Source of the DNA: a virus
DNA: 64,000 nt
Strand: one strand, 5' to 3'
IMG/VR virus record: IMGVR_UViG_3300042485_001041
Span: 1 to 64,000 of that record
The translations under genes were made by a program, and so were the position numbers. Shown in pieces: positions 48,141-57,062 of this stretch (position 1 is its first letter; each line of letters begins with the position of its first letter). The notes beneath the pieces are model-generated. The model searched no databases. It was not told the origin of the DNA and saw only the letters and a list, made by a program, of their open reading frames with translations.

Positions 48141-48749
48141 ATGCCCGCTCACAGCGTCTGCCGCACCTGCGGAAAGAAGATTAAGCAAGAAGGCTCCACT
48201 TGGAGTTCTCATTTGGGCGATAAGTGCTGGGGCAAGGGCACCCACAACCCCGTTCACACCGTTATCTCAGAAGGCTTAAAATCGGCCCCAGTATCAGTTC
48301 CTAGTCGTTTGCTTAATGAAACCTTGTTTCGTGGGTTGCCAGGTACTAAGTTGGAGACTCCACTTGGAATGCACTGGTCATCTGTATCGGGGCTTGACCA
48401 CGTTTCTGGTTATTCGGGAGGAATAGGTAGTGGCGCTAGTCTATTTTCTGGCGGAGAAGGTAAAAAGGGCGAGAAGTCAACTATCATTCACGCTAAGGTA
48501 AACAACCGAGCAATCATCAACCCTCGCTCATCAGAGGGTAAGAAGATGGCTGGTCGTCATCAAATTTGGGGCGGAGGAGCCCCTGAGTACGAAGAGACGG
48601 TTCGCCCTGGTGCAAACGTTGAAGTAACTAAGTTAACTCGTGTACGTAACGTTACCGATGCCTCTCATGACGAATCTGGTAAGTACACTCCAGCGGTAAC
48701 AAAGCAACGAGAGATCCGTTACAAGAAACCAAGACAGGTACAAGCATAA
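48141..48749 (+). CDS. ART-like protein 1
   Basis: LFRG, GMHWSS, EYEETVRPG; start placed at ATG 48141, 6 nt after CATAAT. Confidence 0.6.
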   Translation: MPAHSVCRTCGKKIKQEGSTWSSHLGDKCWGKGTHNPVHTVISEGLKSAPVSVPSRLLNETLFRGLPGTKLETPLGMHWSSVSGLDHVSGYSGGIGSGASLFSGGEGKKGEKSTIIHAKVNNRAIINPRSSEGKKMAGRHQIWGGGAPEYEETVRPGANVEVTKLTRVRNVTDASHDESGKYTPAVTKQREIRYKKPRQVQA

Positions 48750-49171
48750 TGGCCGCTCAAGACAACCTTTCAGAAGCCTTGTTCACCGTGCCTCTGCATC
48801 GTGGGGTAAAGAGCACCTCTACCCTTAGTAACCCTGTAGGAATCCACTGGACAGACGTACCTAAAGTTGCAGAGAAGTTTGCAAGGGCAAAGGTCATGTA
48901 TCCCAATGAACGAGGTTCTGGAAGAGTCATCCATGGCAAAGTTAACGAAAAAGCCATTGTTGATAAAAAGTCTAAAGAAGGTCGCACATTACGTAAACTT
49001 CATGGAATTGAGCCCTACGAGAACGAACATGAGAATACCGTAAGACCAGGAGCCACTGTACTTGTTACAGGGTCTACTCGCATAACCCACACAGTTGATC
49101 CCAAGGGCAAAGAGAAGATAGAACGCCGTAGAGAACGACGTTATAACCCACCACGACAGGTGCGTGCATAA
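48749..49171 (+). CDS. ART-like protein 2, tagged
   Basis: MAAQDNLSEALF; LHRG, GIHWTD, EHENTVRPG. Confidence 0.65.
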   Translation: MAAQDNLSEALFTVPLHRGVKSTSTLSNPVGIHWTDVPKVAEKFARAKVMYPNERGSGRVIHGKVNEKAIVDKKSKEGRTLRKLHGIEPYENEHENTVRPGATVLVTGSTRITHTVDPKGKEKIERRRERRYNPPRQVRA

Positions 49172-49602
49172 TGGCTGCCTCAGACAACCTATCTCCTAAA
49201 CAGTTCAACAGGCCTCTAGTACGCCCTGCTGAGATGGCAGACCCAGATATGCGGCCAGGAGCAAAGAACTACCCTCGTAAGAAATTTAACGTACATGCAG
49301 AGATGGGTAAGTCATGGAAGGCCGTGACACCACCTAATTCCTTTGACATGAAGACAGGTGCTCCGCTACCTGTACAGCCAGGCGCTATCTCTATCGTCAC
49401 ACCTGAAAACGGAGATGCATGGACTAATTGGCCTGAACATACTGACCCAGACAAAATTCGCATGGCTAAGAAGTTAGTTAAGAACAACTTGACTCGTGAA
49501 GCCCAGAAGAGCAGAGACCCAAAGGTTCGTATGCAATCACGTCAAGCCTCTTACAAGGCTAACCAGATTCAATCTGCTATTCAGAATCGTACAAATAAAT
49601 AA
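49171..49602 (+). CDS. Tagged hypothetical protein
   Basis: MAASDNLSPKQF. Confidence 0.65.
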   Translation: MAASDNLSPKQFNRPLVRPAEMADPDMRPGAKNYPRKKFNVHAEMGKSWKAVTPPNSFDMKTGAPLPVQPGAISIVTPENGDAWTNWPEHTDPDKIRMAKKLVKNNLTREAQKSRDPKVRMQSRQASYKANQIQSAIQNRTNK

Positions 49603-50081
49603 TGGCTGCCTCAGACCACCTAGGACCTCAGTGGAGTCAACCTGAACTAACTTTTCAAGTACACCGTGGACTTACTCGTAAGCCTCAAAAGGGTAGATGG
49701 CTAGGTATGCACTGGTCAGCAGATCCAGCGGTAGCAAGAAGGTTTGCTGGGCCGTTTGGCCACGTTGTACATGGTGAGGTACCAATGAGTTCTGTTGAGA
49801 CAGATACTGGCACTCTAAGAAGTGAGCGCGTTATTGACGATTCTAAAGTTAAAGAGCCATACAAACAAGAGAAAGAAGTGTCAGTTACGGTTGGCAAGCC
49901 TGTAAAGGTCACTGGCGTAACTGGTCCTGAAGCAGATAAAGAGACAGGTAACTGGAACGGAGTGCGTCGCACTACTCCCAACTCAAATACCGCAACTACG
50001 GCTGAGTGGCAAGAAGCCATGAAGAATAAGCGTCCAGCAAGAAAGCGCACCTATAAAAAGCCAAGAGAGATGACAGCCTAA
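49602..50081 (+). CDS. ART-like protein 3, tagged
   Basis: MAASDHLGPQW; VHRG, GMHWSAD..VARRFA, EKEV. Confidence 0.65.
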   Translation: MAASDHLGPQWSQPELTFQVHRGLTRKPQKGRWLGMHWSADPAVARRFAGPFGHVVHGEVPMSSVETDTGTLRSERVIDDSKVKEPYKQEKEVSVTVGKPVKVTGVTGPEADKETGNWNGVRRTTPNSNTATTAEWQEAMKNKRPARKRTYKKPREMTA

Positions 50082-50455
50082 TGGCCGCTGAAGATAACTT
50101 AAGCAATGCCCAGTGGCATCAGTTGGAGATGTACAAAACAGCCAAGGACTTGTATGGGCACAGACTCTCTGATGTAGAGGTGGAACATGACCGTCTTAAA
50201 AACGATGAAGGCATAGACCCTGAAGAACACGATGTAGATGTTAAAGGTTGGGTTATGGATCGTAAATTATCCGAAAGCAAAAGAAGCGGCCTGTACAGCA
50301 ATATCAAAAGTCGTGGAGTTACAGATCCTGTAAGTTTAGGTCAAGGTCGTTGGGGCGTGTATAAACGAGGTGTCGTAAGTGATGGACACCACCGCATTGC
50401 TGCCGCAAACGATATTGACCCTAATATGTTAGTTCCAGTAGAGCATCAGAAATAG
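50081..50455 (+). CDS. ParB/Srx-like protein, tagged
   Basis: MAAEDNLSNAQW; IKSRGV..PV, DGHHRIAAA. Confidence 0.65.
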   Translation: MAAEDNLSNAQWHQLEMYKTAKDLYGHRLSDVEVEHDRLKNDEGIDPEEHDVDVKGWVMDRKLSESKRSGLYSNIKSRGVTDPVSLGQGRWGVYKRGVVSDGHHRIAAANDIDPNMLVPVEHQK

Positions 50456-50522
50456 GCCTTACCTCCCCTAACTAATATTTTTTTATTCAGTAAAAGTAAG
50501 GCAGTAGCCTTATCCTTACCAT

Positions 50523-50765
50523 ATGGAAAAAGACCCTAAAGAGTTGTGGGCAGACTCCATGGCTAGACAAGATATGACCCAGATGTGGCATAACCACTCT
50601 CAGTCTAAAGGGGATAAAGAGCATAAAGGCATTCCCGCCTCCACCTGTCCAGCCTGTTTTGAGAACGACCCAGTAACAGTTGAACACTCTTACGAGTCTG
50701 ACCGTGAAGCGGCAAGAGGCCACTTGACTTCCCAACAATTTGATAAGATGTTTGGACACCTATGA
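50523..50765 (+). CDS. Small protein with C-terminal tag-like motif
   Basis: CPAC; HLTSQQF near C-terminus; TATCCT 6 nt before ATG. Confidence 0.55.
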   Translation: MEKDPKELWADSMARQDMTQMWHNHSQSKGDKEHKGIPASTCPACFENDPVTVEHSYESDREAARGHLTSQQFDKMFGHL

Positions 50766-50998
50766 GCCAAGAGAACTTAAGCCAAGAGCAATTCAAGGTA
50801 TATGACTTTGAGGCCGCTAAGAATATGAAGAAGAGCACTGGTCGTGCCGTTGCTTGGCAGAAGGACAATGACGAGTATCACCCAGATACCAAGAAGCATG
50901 ATGATGAGGCTCTGGCTATCCACGATGAGCCAGCCAAGCCAGATAACATGGCAGTTAAAGCCGCCAAGTTCATTGGCCTGATGGACCCAATCGGCTAA
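50762..50998 (+). CDS. Tagged hypothetical protein
   Basis: MSQENLSQEQF. Confidence 0.6.
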   Translation: MSQENLSQEQFKVYDFEAAKNMKKSTGRAVAWQKDNDEYHPDTKKHDDEALAIHDEPAKPDNMAVKAAKFIGLMDPIG

Positions 50999-51421
50999 AT
51001 GGTTGCTTCAGATAACCTATCTCCCAAACAGTTCAACCGTTTGAGCATGGGCGCCCCTATTGTAAAAAATTTAGGTATTGTCGCTCACGATCCTAAAGAA
51101 GACGATACTGAAGAAGGTTTTAATCGTACAGAGGCTATGTACGCTAATAAAGAGCACCATAATCCAGGTGACATGTGGGACATGCCTTCCTCAGAAGAGT
51201 TACATACAACTCAAAGCGTTTTAAACAAATCTACGATTAGACACTTTGTAGATAACCCTAATAACCCTGAAGAGTGGAAAGATGGCGAAGGCTACAACGC
51301 TCCAGAGGTTTACACTCACCAGGGTAAGTTGTGGGTTCACGAAGGCCACCATCGCCTTATCGCCTCTCGTTTAAGGGGAGACTCAAGTACAAAAGTTCAT
51401 CACTGGGATACTGGTCAGTAA
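50999..51421 (+). CDS. ParB/Srx-like protein, tagged
   Basis: MVASDNLSPKQF; LHTTQ, P.V......WVHEGHHRLIA. Confidence 0.65.
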   Translation: MVASDNLSPKQFNRLSMGAPIVKNLGIVAHDPKEDDTEEGFNRTEAMYANKEHHNPGDMWDMPSSEELHTTQSVLNKSTIRHFVDNPNNPEEWKDGEGYNAPEVYTHQGKLWVHEGHHRLIASRLRGDSSTKVHHWDTGQ

Positions 51422-51888
51422 TGGCTGAGTTTCACTCAGAATGGGGCCACGGCTATCAACCAGCCCCACCTACCAATTTAAACCTTAAGCAGTTTGCTCC
51501 ACACATTCGCTACGAAGTTCCACAGGCAGATAAGCCATTTGGCAATGCGGCAACTAACTTTGGCCTACATACTGCTGGCGTAGAACTGACAACCCAGGCA
51601 CCAGACTCAGATAAGCCATCTGAGACCCTTGGACACCTCCATTGGCATGCAACACGAGGTGAGATACTAGATGTCCACGTTGTTCCAGGCGCACGACGTA
51701 AGGGCGTTGCTACAGCGTTACTTGCTGCTGCAAAAGATGTTGCAGCAAAAACAGGTGTGCCAGCGCCAGTTCACTCAAAAGATAGAAGTGACATGGGTGA
51801 TAAGTGGGCAAAATCAGTCGGCGGCGAAATGCCAGAGCGTTTAAAGATCGGTGGAATACAAGATTTTGAGGGTATTCTTAAAAAATAA
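51421..51888 (+). CDS. GNAT acetyltransferase-like protein
   Basis: ILDVHVVPGARRKGVATALL motif A; NLNLKQF near N-terminus. Confidence 0.7.
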   Translation: MAEFHSEWGHGYQPAPPTNLNLKQFAPHIRYEVPQADKPFGNAATNFGLHTAGVELTTQAPDSDKPSETLGHLHWHATRGEILDVHVVPGARRKGVATALLAAAKDVAAKTGVPAPVHSKDRSDMGDKWAKSVGGEMPERLKIGGIQDFEGILKK

Positions 51889-51909
51889 ACGGTAAAACCA
51901 TGTGGTAAT

Positions 51910-52338
51910 GTGCGCGATGTGCCAAGACCTAATACACCAGAAGGTAAAGAGAAGAAGCGCGAAGACCAAAAACGCTATTATCAGCGTAATAAAAGCAGTT
52001 ACATAGCCAAAAACAAGGTAAAAAGGGCTGAAATCAAGGATTTTCTTCGAAAATACAAGGAATTTAAGGGTTGCGGCGACTGTAGCGGCAAATTTCCCTT
52101 CTATATTTTAGATTTTGACCATCGCGACCCCGCTATGAAGCGATTTAGCCCCGCGAAGATGGCACATAACAATAGTTGGACAGCCATGGTTGAAGAAATT
52201 GCCAAGTGTGATGTACTCTGTGCTAATTGTCATCGAGAACGCACATATAAGGATGGCCATCGCTTCTTAGGTCAGAAAAATACTAAGAAAGTCTTTACTG
52301 AGAAAAAGAAACGGAGCACAAGTGAGAACAATTGCTGA
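51910..52338 (+). CDS. HNH-like endonuclease
   Basis: CGDC...LDFDH...EIAKCDVLCANCHR. Confidence 0.7.
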   Translation: MRDVPRPNTPEGKEKKREDQKRYYQRNKSSYIAKNKVKRAEIKDFLRKYKEFKGCGDCSGKFPFYILDFDHRDPAMKRFSPAKMAHNNSWTAMVEEIAKCDVLCANCHRERTYKDGHRFLGQKNTKKVFTEKKKRSTSENNC

Positions 52339-52504
52339 GATAATCGCAAGAATCAAGAGTGAAGATAGAGAGTTGATGGATCGTTTTGCTGGCCAAAGCG
52401 CCGTTGCTTATCTAGAAGGCTTAACTTGTAAGGATGGCTGTCACCCATGTGACAAATGCCAAAGCATATTCGAAGCAATCGAAATAATAGGGAGAATCAA
52501 ATGA
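52322..52504 (+). CDS. Small Cys-containing protein
   Basis: Coupled ORF. Confidence 0.5.
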   Translation: MRTIAEIIARIKSEDRELMDRFAGQSAVAYLEGLTCKDGCHPCDKCQSIFEAIEIIGRIK

Positions 52505-52641
52505 GAGACTTTTCAAAACTACCAATCATCGTTGTAGATGATGACTTCTTTGAGTATGTAGCAGAGATGGGTCATAGCGACGAAATTACTTATGAGGATT
52601 ATGTACTGCTCTGTCAAGAGTGGTTAGCAGATAACACGTGA
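52501..52641 (+). CDS. Small acidic protein
   Basis: MRDFSKLP...; ATGA overlap. Confidence 0.5.
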   Translation: MRDFSKLPIIVVDDDFFEYVAEMGHSDEITYEDYVLLCQEWLADNT

Positions 52642-52645
52642 GCCG

Positions 52646-52858
52646 ATGATGTGGTCATGGGTATTAGCGGCAATCGGCGTTACAGGTATCTTTCTTGTAG
52701 GTCGAAAAACTATATGGGGTTGGTTAGTCTTATTCCTTAACGAAGTTCTTTGGACTATCTATGCCGTAACCACAGAGCAGTACGGCTTTATCTTTGCCGC
52801 TATCGCATACGGAATTGTTTATGTTAGATCATTTCTACATTGGAGAAGCACCGAGTGA
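52646..52858 (+). CDS. PnuC-like small membrane protein
   Basis: Three hydrophobic segments, GW......LW..YA....YG..........W. Confidence 0.6.
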   Translation: MMWSWVLAAIGVTGIFLVGRKTIWGWLVLFLNEVLWTIYAVTTEQYGFIFAAIAYGIVYVRSFLHWRSTE

Positions 52859-53409
52859 GTCATATAGTAGAACTGGCTAAAGAAGAAGTTCGTGCCTGCG
52901 CTGATATCGCCCTAAACCGATGGATGATGAAGTGGGGATCAATAGATCGCCCTAACTACGCAGGCGATAACAAGAAGAACATGGAGCCTGAAATTGCGGC
53001 CAATGTTCGAAGCATCGTTGCTGAGTACGCCGTAGCCAAGTTATACAAGAAGGCATTCACCTTTCCCTTCTATACAAATGAAGAGCACCACTTCCGTAAA
53101 GACATCGCAGATGTTGGCCAGAACATTGAGGTCAAGAGCATCCGCACAAGAGATGAGATACCTGTCTTTCCTAAAGACCTACGAGATGACTGGATACTAG
53201 TTGGGGCCTTCGTGACCGACCGTGATTACTACTCAACCGTCAAGGTATATGGCTGGATGCACATGTCAGATGTACCTGAGAAAGCCAAATGGTCTGTAGA
53301 GCGCGATTACAATGGAAAAATTTTGCGCGAGTGTTGGCGGGTTCCAGAAGAAGCCTTTGAACAGGGTTTGTTAATCCCTACAAATTCAGGAGTTAGCCTT
53401 ACAATTTAA
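52840..53409 (+). CDS. PD-(D/E)XK-like hypothetical protein
   Basis: AEYAVAK, ADVG.NIEVKS. Confidence 0.5.
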   Translation: MEKHRVSHIVELAKEEVRACADIALNRWMMKWGSIDRPNYAGDNKKNMEPEIAANVRSIVAEYAVAKLYKKAFTFPFYTNEEHHFRKDIADVGQNIEVKSIRTRDEIPVFPKDLRDDWILVGAFVTDRDYYSTVKVYGWMHMSDVPEKAKWSVERDYNGKILRECWRVPEEAFEQGLLIPTNSGVSLTI

Positions 53410-53412
53410 GGC

Positions 53413-53916
53413 ATGATGAAGCGCCCACCTAAAGATTTAGGTCAAGCATTGAAGGCTGGCTATCAGCCTATGTTTATGACTGGTGGCGAAGTTAAGAAGC
53501 ACTTTGCTCCTTATAAGCAAGATCGTCAATACAAACCAGGCGGAGTCAAAGAAACTGATCAAGAGTTGTGGGATCGCAAGTTAACTGAATCAAAACAAAC
53601 TGGTGAACAAAGATATGGCAAAGATGCTTTTGAAAGAGATAGCCGAGGTGCATGGCGCAGTTTGTCTGGCCCTGATTTAGTTCGTCGAGGAATTGGTGCA
53701 AAGACTTCTCTAGAGTCAGTTGCTCAGAGTAAAGGCATGCCTGGTGGCGCACTTCACTTACAAGATAACAATTTAGGTTCTCCATCTGGAAAACCACAGG
53801 TACTAGGTGGCCATCACCGTGTCGCCTTATCTGCCGCACAATTTCCAGAACATTTATTTCCAATTAAATATGCGCCACACATCGATGCCGCTAGAAGCGA
53901 ACCAGGTTACCGATGA
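53413..53916 (+). CDS. ParB/Srx-like protein
   Basis: QPMFMTG.E, LWDRKL.ES, VLGGHHRVA, HLFP; paralogue of 28991-29443. Confidence 0.65.
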   Translation: MMKRPPKDLGQALKAGYQPMFMTGGEVKKHFAPYKQDRQYKPGGVKETDQELWDRKLTESKQTGEQRYGKDAFERDSRGAWRSLSGPDLVRRGIGAKTSLESVAQSKGMPGGALHLQDNNLGSPSGKPQVLGGHHRVALSAAQFPEHLFPIKYAPHIDAARSEPGYR

Positions 53917-54194
53917 AAGAATACTCACTAGGCGGATTTGCGGGAAAGATCTCCGAAAAGGTTAGCCCATACACAAAAACACGAGTAAGTGTCTATCACT
54001 CAGAGCAAGCAGGCTTTGATCACTCAGATGGTCAGCGTTATACAACAATCTGCGAAGATCACGGCAACCTTGTCTCCACTCGCTCACAAGGTGCGGCAAA
54101 GTCTGCAGCGGTTAACCCAATTGACTGGTGTGAAGATTGTCAAGAAAAAGGTAAGACACTAACTGATCACTTCAACGATGGAGCGGCTAAGTAA
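53913..54194 (+). CDS. Small zinc-binding protein
   Basis: CEDHG, WCEDC. Confidence 0.6.
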   Translation: MKEYSLGGFAGKISEKVSPYTKTRVSVYHSEQAGFDHSDGQRYTTICEDHGNLVSTRSQGAAKSAAVNPIDWCEDCQEKGKTLTDHFNDGAAK

Positions 54195-54565
54195 TGAGCG
54201 CATCAGACCACTTAAACCCTAGTCAGTTTAATACTTACTACCATGCTACTGATGAGCACTCGGCAGAGTCTATTAAAAAAACAGGTCTTCGCAACGGCAC
54301 CTACATGACTCCTCATCTAGATGTCGCTAATGATTATGGGACTCACATATTCAAAGTACATGTGCCAAAGAGCCATACCTTTGCAAGCAGTCCAGATCAT
54401 TATTACGAGAGTGACTTCATTCCTAGAGAACACCAAGGCTATGTAACTGAAGAGCACCCTAATTCAGCAGACCGTGTGCACATGGAATCTAGCAAGTTAA
54501 AAATAGAAGGCCCAAAGAGTATGGAAGAGTGGCTCGGTAACAAAAGTGGAAACTGGCGTGCATGA
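54194..54565 (+). CDS. H-Y-type ART-fold protein, tagged
   Basis: MSASDHLNPSQF; YYHAT....A.SI.K.GL...TYMT.....A..YG. Confidence 0.6.
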   Translation: MSASDHLNPSQFNTYYHATDEHSAESIKKTGLRNGTYMTPHLDVANDYGTHIFKVHVPKSHTFASSPDHYYESDFIPREHQGYVTEEHPNSADRVHMESSKLKIEGPKSMEEWLGNKSGNWRA

Positions 54566-54774
54566 GCCGTAAAGATAACTTTGAAGCAGCACATGTTGCT
54601 GCTCGTGAGATTGCTCCAGGTGACTACCTTGATGCATCAATGAAGTTACGTGTACATGCAGCCAAAATGATTGGCAATGACTTTGTTGTAGCCCATAAGT
54701 TACGTGGCTCTAAGGCACCTGGCGTATCTATGTATAAGCCAGATGAGAAAGTTAGAGTGTGGCGTAAGAAATGA
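54562..54774 (+). CDS. Hypothetical protein
   Basis: Coupled ORF. Confidence 0.55.
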   Translation: MSRKDNFEAAHVAAREIAPGDYLDASMKLRVHAAKMIGNDFVVAHKLRGSKAPGVSMYKPDEKVRVWRKK

Positions 54775-55097
54775 GCGCTGAAGATAATCTTTCGTATGAA
54801 CAACTTGCTATGTTCATGACTCCTAAAGAAATTAAATCTAAATATGATGTTTCTGAGGGCGAGTACTCCGATGACGAACATGAGCCTAATCAGTTATACG
54901 CACGTAAGCGTCGTGAGGCTAAGAAAAGCGGTTTGTTTAAGAAAATAAGAAAAGAAGGCGTTCAAATTCCAGTTCAACTTTCTTCAGCAGATAAAACTAT
55001 TGCAGATGGACATCACAGAGTTGCATCAGAACGAGACAACCGCTTAATGCCAGTAGAGCATTTAGAGCCTGAAGAGATCTGGTGGCGGAATAGATGA
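54771..55097 (+). CDS. ParB/Srx-like protein, tagged
   Basis: MSAEDNLSYEQL; IRKEGV..PV, DGHHRVA. Confidence 0.65.
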   Translation: MSAEDNLSYEQLAMFMTPKEIKSKYDVSEGEYSDDEHEPNQLYARKRREAKKSGLFKKIRKEGVQIPVQLSSADKTIADGHHRVASERDNRLMPVEHLEPEEIWWRNR

Positions 55098-55219
55098 ACA
55101 ACATATCCGCTACGCAATTTGGCGCTCAAATAATGCCAAAAGAAACGTATGTCAATGTAGCGATGCAGATGACGCCTCCATCAGAGGCCTCTAACACAGC
55201 AAGTAGTACAAAAGCATGA
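55094..55219 (+). CDS. 41 aa tagged peptide (not in ORF track)
   Basis: MNNISATQFG...; ATGA overlaps on both sides. Confidence 0.5.
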   Translation: MNNISATQFGAQIMPKETYVNVAMQMTPPSEASNTASSTKA

Positions 55220-55340
55220 CTAAACAAATCTTTGATTTAACCTGTAAACTATGTAACCATAATATGTATTTAGGTGTCTGCATTGTGGATACCTGTAAAT
55301 GTATTTGCCAACCAAAATAACTAAAGAAAGAAGAAACTAA

Positions 55341-55655
55341 ATGGCTGAGTATCACGAAGACCCACAGTACCTGGCACGTGAGAACGACTACATGTCAGTA
55401 CACCCTGTAGGTAACGCAAAAGTGGGTAAAGGAATGAGTGATAGGCACCCATCAGCCATCCACCAACATTTAGCAAATGATTACGGTGGAGCCCGAACTG
55501 CTAATCACGTTCGTGGAGATATACGTCATGGACTTACAATGCTAAAGGAAAGCGGAGTCACTACACATGGCGGTATGCTAACTGCAGAAGATATGGGACA
55601 CAGTGCTCGTGCTCACCTATACTTGGAAGCACAATCTAAACTTAAAGGTAACTAA
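55341..55655 (+). CDS. His-rich hypothetical protein
   Basis: 104 aa ORF. Confidence 0.55.
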   Translation: MAEYHEDPQYLARENDYMSVHPVGNAKVGKGMSDRHPSAIHQHLANDYGGARTANHVRGDIRHGLTMLKESGVTTHGGMLTAEDMGHSARAHLYLEAQSKLKGN

Positions 55656-55675
55656 TACTAAGAAAGGTAAAACAC

Positions 55676-56419
55676 ATGGCCGATAAAGGAACAGCAGCAG
55701 CAATCATTGAAATTGCTAAGAAGGAAGTGGGCACTATTGAGGGCCCTAAAGATAACCAGACAAAATATGGCGCATTTACAAAAGCCAACTTTCTTCCATG
55801 GTGCGGAAGTTTCGTTAACTGGTGTGCTAACCAAGCAGGCGTAAAGGTACCTAACACTGTCTCTACCGTGTCAGGCGCTGCCGCATTTAAGAAGATGAAG
55901 ACTTGGTTTGAGGCTGACTGCGGTCAATCTCCACAACCTGGCGATATCCTGTATTTTGATTTCCCAGGAGACGGCGTCGATAGAATTTCTCACGTAGGTA
56001 TCTGCTCAGGTATTGACTCAGATGGCGTTGTGACCGCTATCGAGGGCAATACATCTTCTAGCAAAAAGGGAAGCCAAAGAAATGGCGGAGAAGTCTGCAT
56101 CCAGACTCGTGCCTACAAAGCAAACAAAAAGAAGATTTCAGTCTCAATCGTAGGTTGGGGCCGTCCTAACTACGTTGGCAACGAAGTCGAAGCCGAGATT
56201 CCAGCATCTGATACCCCAGCCTTCCCAGGCAAGATTAAGCCAGGGGATACAGGCGAAGGCGTAAAGATTGTTCAGAAGGCTCTAGGCCTAAAGGCTGATG
56301 GAGAATACGGCGCAGCGACAAAAGCCGCAGTTGCCGCATTTCAGGACAATCACGACATGTTGGACTCAAATGGCGTTGTTGGCCCTAAAACTTGGGCACA
56401 ATTGATCAAATTCCTCTAA
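55676..56419 (+). CDS. Endolysin (CHAP + peptidoglycan-binding domain)
   Basis: PWCGSFV, PGDI.YF, SHVGI, IEGNT; DG.YG..T..AV..FQ and GVVGPKTW. Confidence 0.9.
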   Translation: MADKGTAAAIIEIAKKEVGTIEGPKDNQTKYGAFTKANFLPWCGSFVNWCANQAGVKVPNTVSTVSGAAAFKKMKTWFEADCGQSPQPGDILYFDFPGDGVDRISHVGICSGIDSDGVVTAIEGNTSSSKKGSQRNGGEVCIQTRAYKANKKKISVSIVGWGRPNYVGNEVEAEIPASDTPAFPGKIKPGDTGEGVKIVQKALGLKADGEYGAATKAAVAAFQDNHDMLDSNGVVGPKTWAQLIKFL

Positions 56420-56466
56420 TTTAGAGATAGAACTCTCTAGGGGCAGTTAATGCTATCCTTGGAGAC

Positions 56467-57015
56467 ATGACAACTATTGTAGGAGTGCAATATAAGGACC
56501 GCTGTGTTCTGGCGGCCGATAACCAGGTAACTGGTGACGGCGGTCGTAGATACAACCATCCAGAGATGAAGAAGATCTCTCAACGTGGTGCGTTCTTAAT
56601 CGCAGGTAGTGGTGAAGTAATGCCTTGCGATGTTGTCCAGCATATGTGGGTTCCGCCAAAACTTACGGCAAAAGATGGCGAAGACATTTACCACTTCATG
56701 ATTACCAAAGCAATGCCTTCTCTCAGAAAATGCTTAACTGATAACGGTTATGACTTCAATGAGGGTAAGGGAGATGGAAAAGCGGAAGAAAACCGCTTTA
56801 GTTTCATCCTTGCTGTTGGTGGAGAACTATTTGATGTAGCCGATGATCTATCAGTCATTCGGTCAGGAGATGGGATCTACGGAGTAGGTTCTGGGTCTTC
56901 TTATGCAGTTGGTGCGTTACACGCTGGAGCAAAGCCCTCTGAGGCTATTGAGATTGCCTCAAGGCTAGATGTCAATACTTCTGGGCCAATTCAGGTAGTG
57001 GAGCAACTTAAGTAA
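56467..57015 (+). CDS. Ntn-hydrolase (HslV/proteasome beta-like) protease
   Basis: MTTIVG, AAD.QVT, KI, AGSG, GVGSGS.YA.GAL, D.NT.G. Confidence 0.8.
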   Translation: MTTIVGVQYKDRCVLAADNQVTGDGGRRYNHPEMKKISQRGAFLIAGSGEVMPCDVVQHMWVPPKLTAKDGEDIYHFMITKAMPSLRKCLTDNGYDFNEGKGDGKAEENRFSFILAVGGELFDVADDLSVIRSGDGIYGVGSGSSYAVGALHAGAKPSEAIEIASRLDVNTSGPIQVVEQLK

Positions 57016-57046
57016 CTCTTTGTGTCACATATCACAGGTGATCTAA

Positions 57047-57062
57047 GTTACTCTAAAGTAAC
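57047..57062. promoter_or_regulatory. Remote copy of the GTTACT-N4-AGTAAC palindrome
   Basis: GTTACTCTAAAGTAAC, intergenic. Confidence 0.5.
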
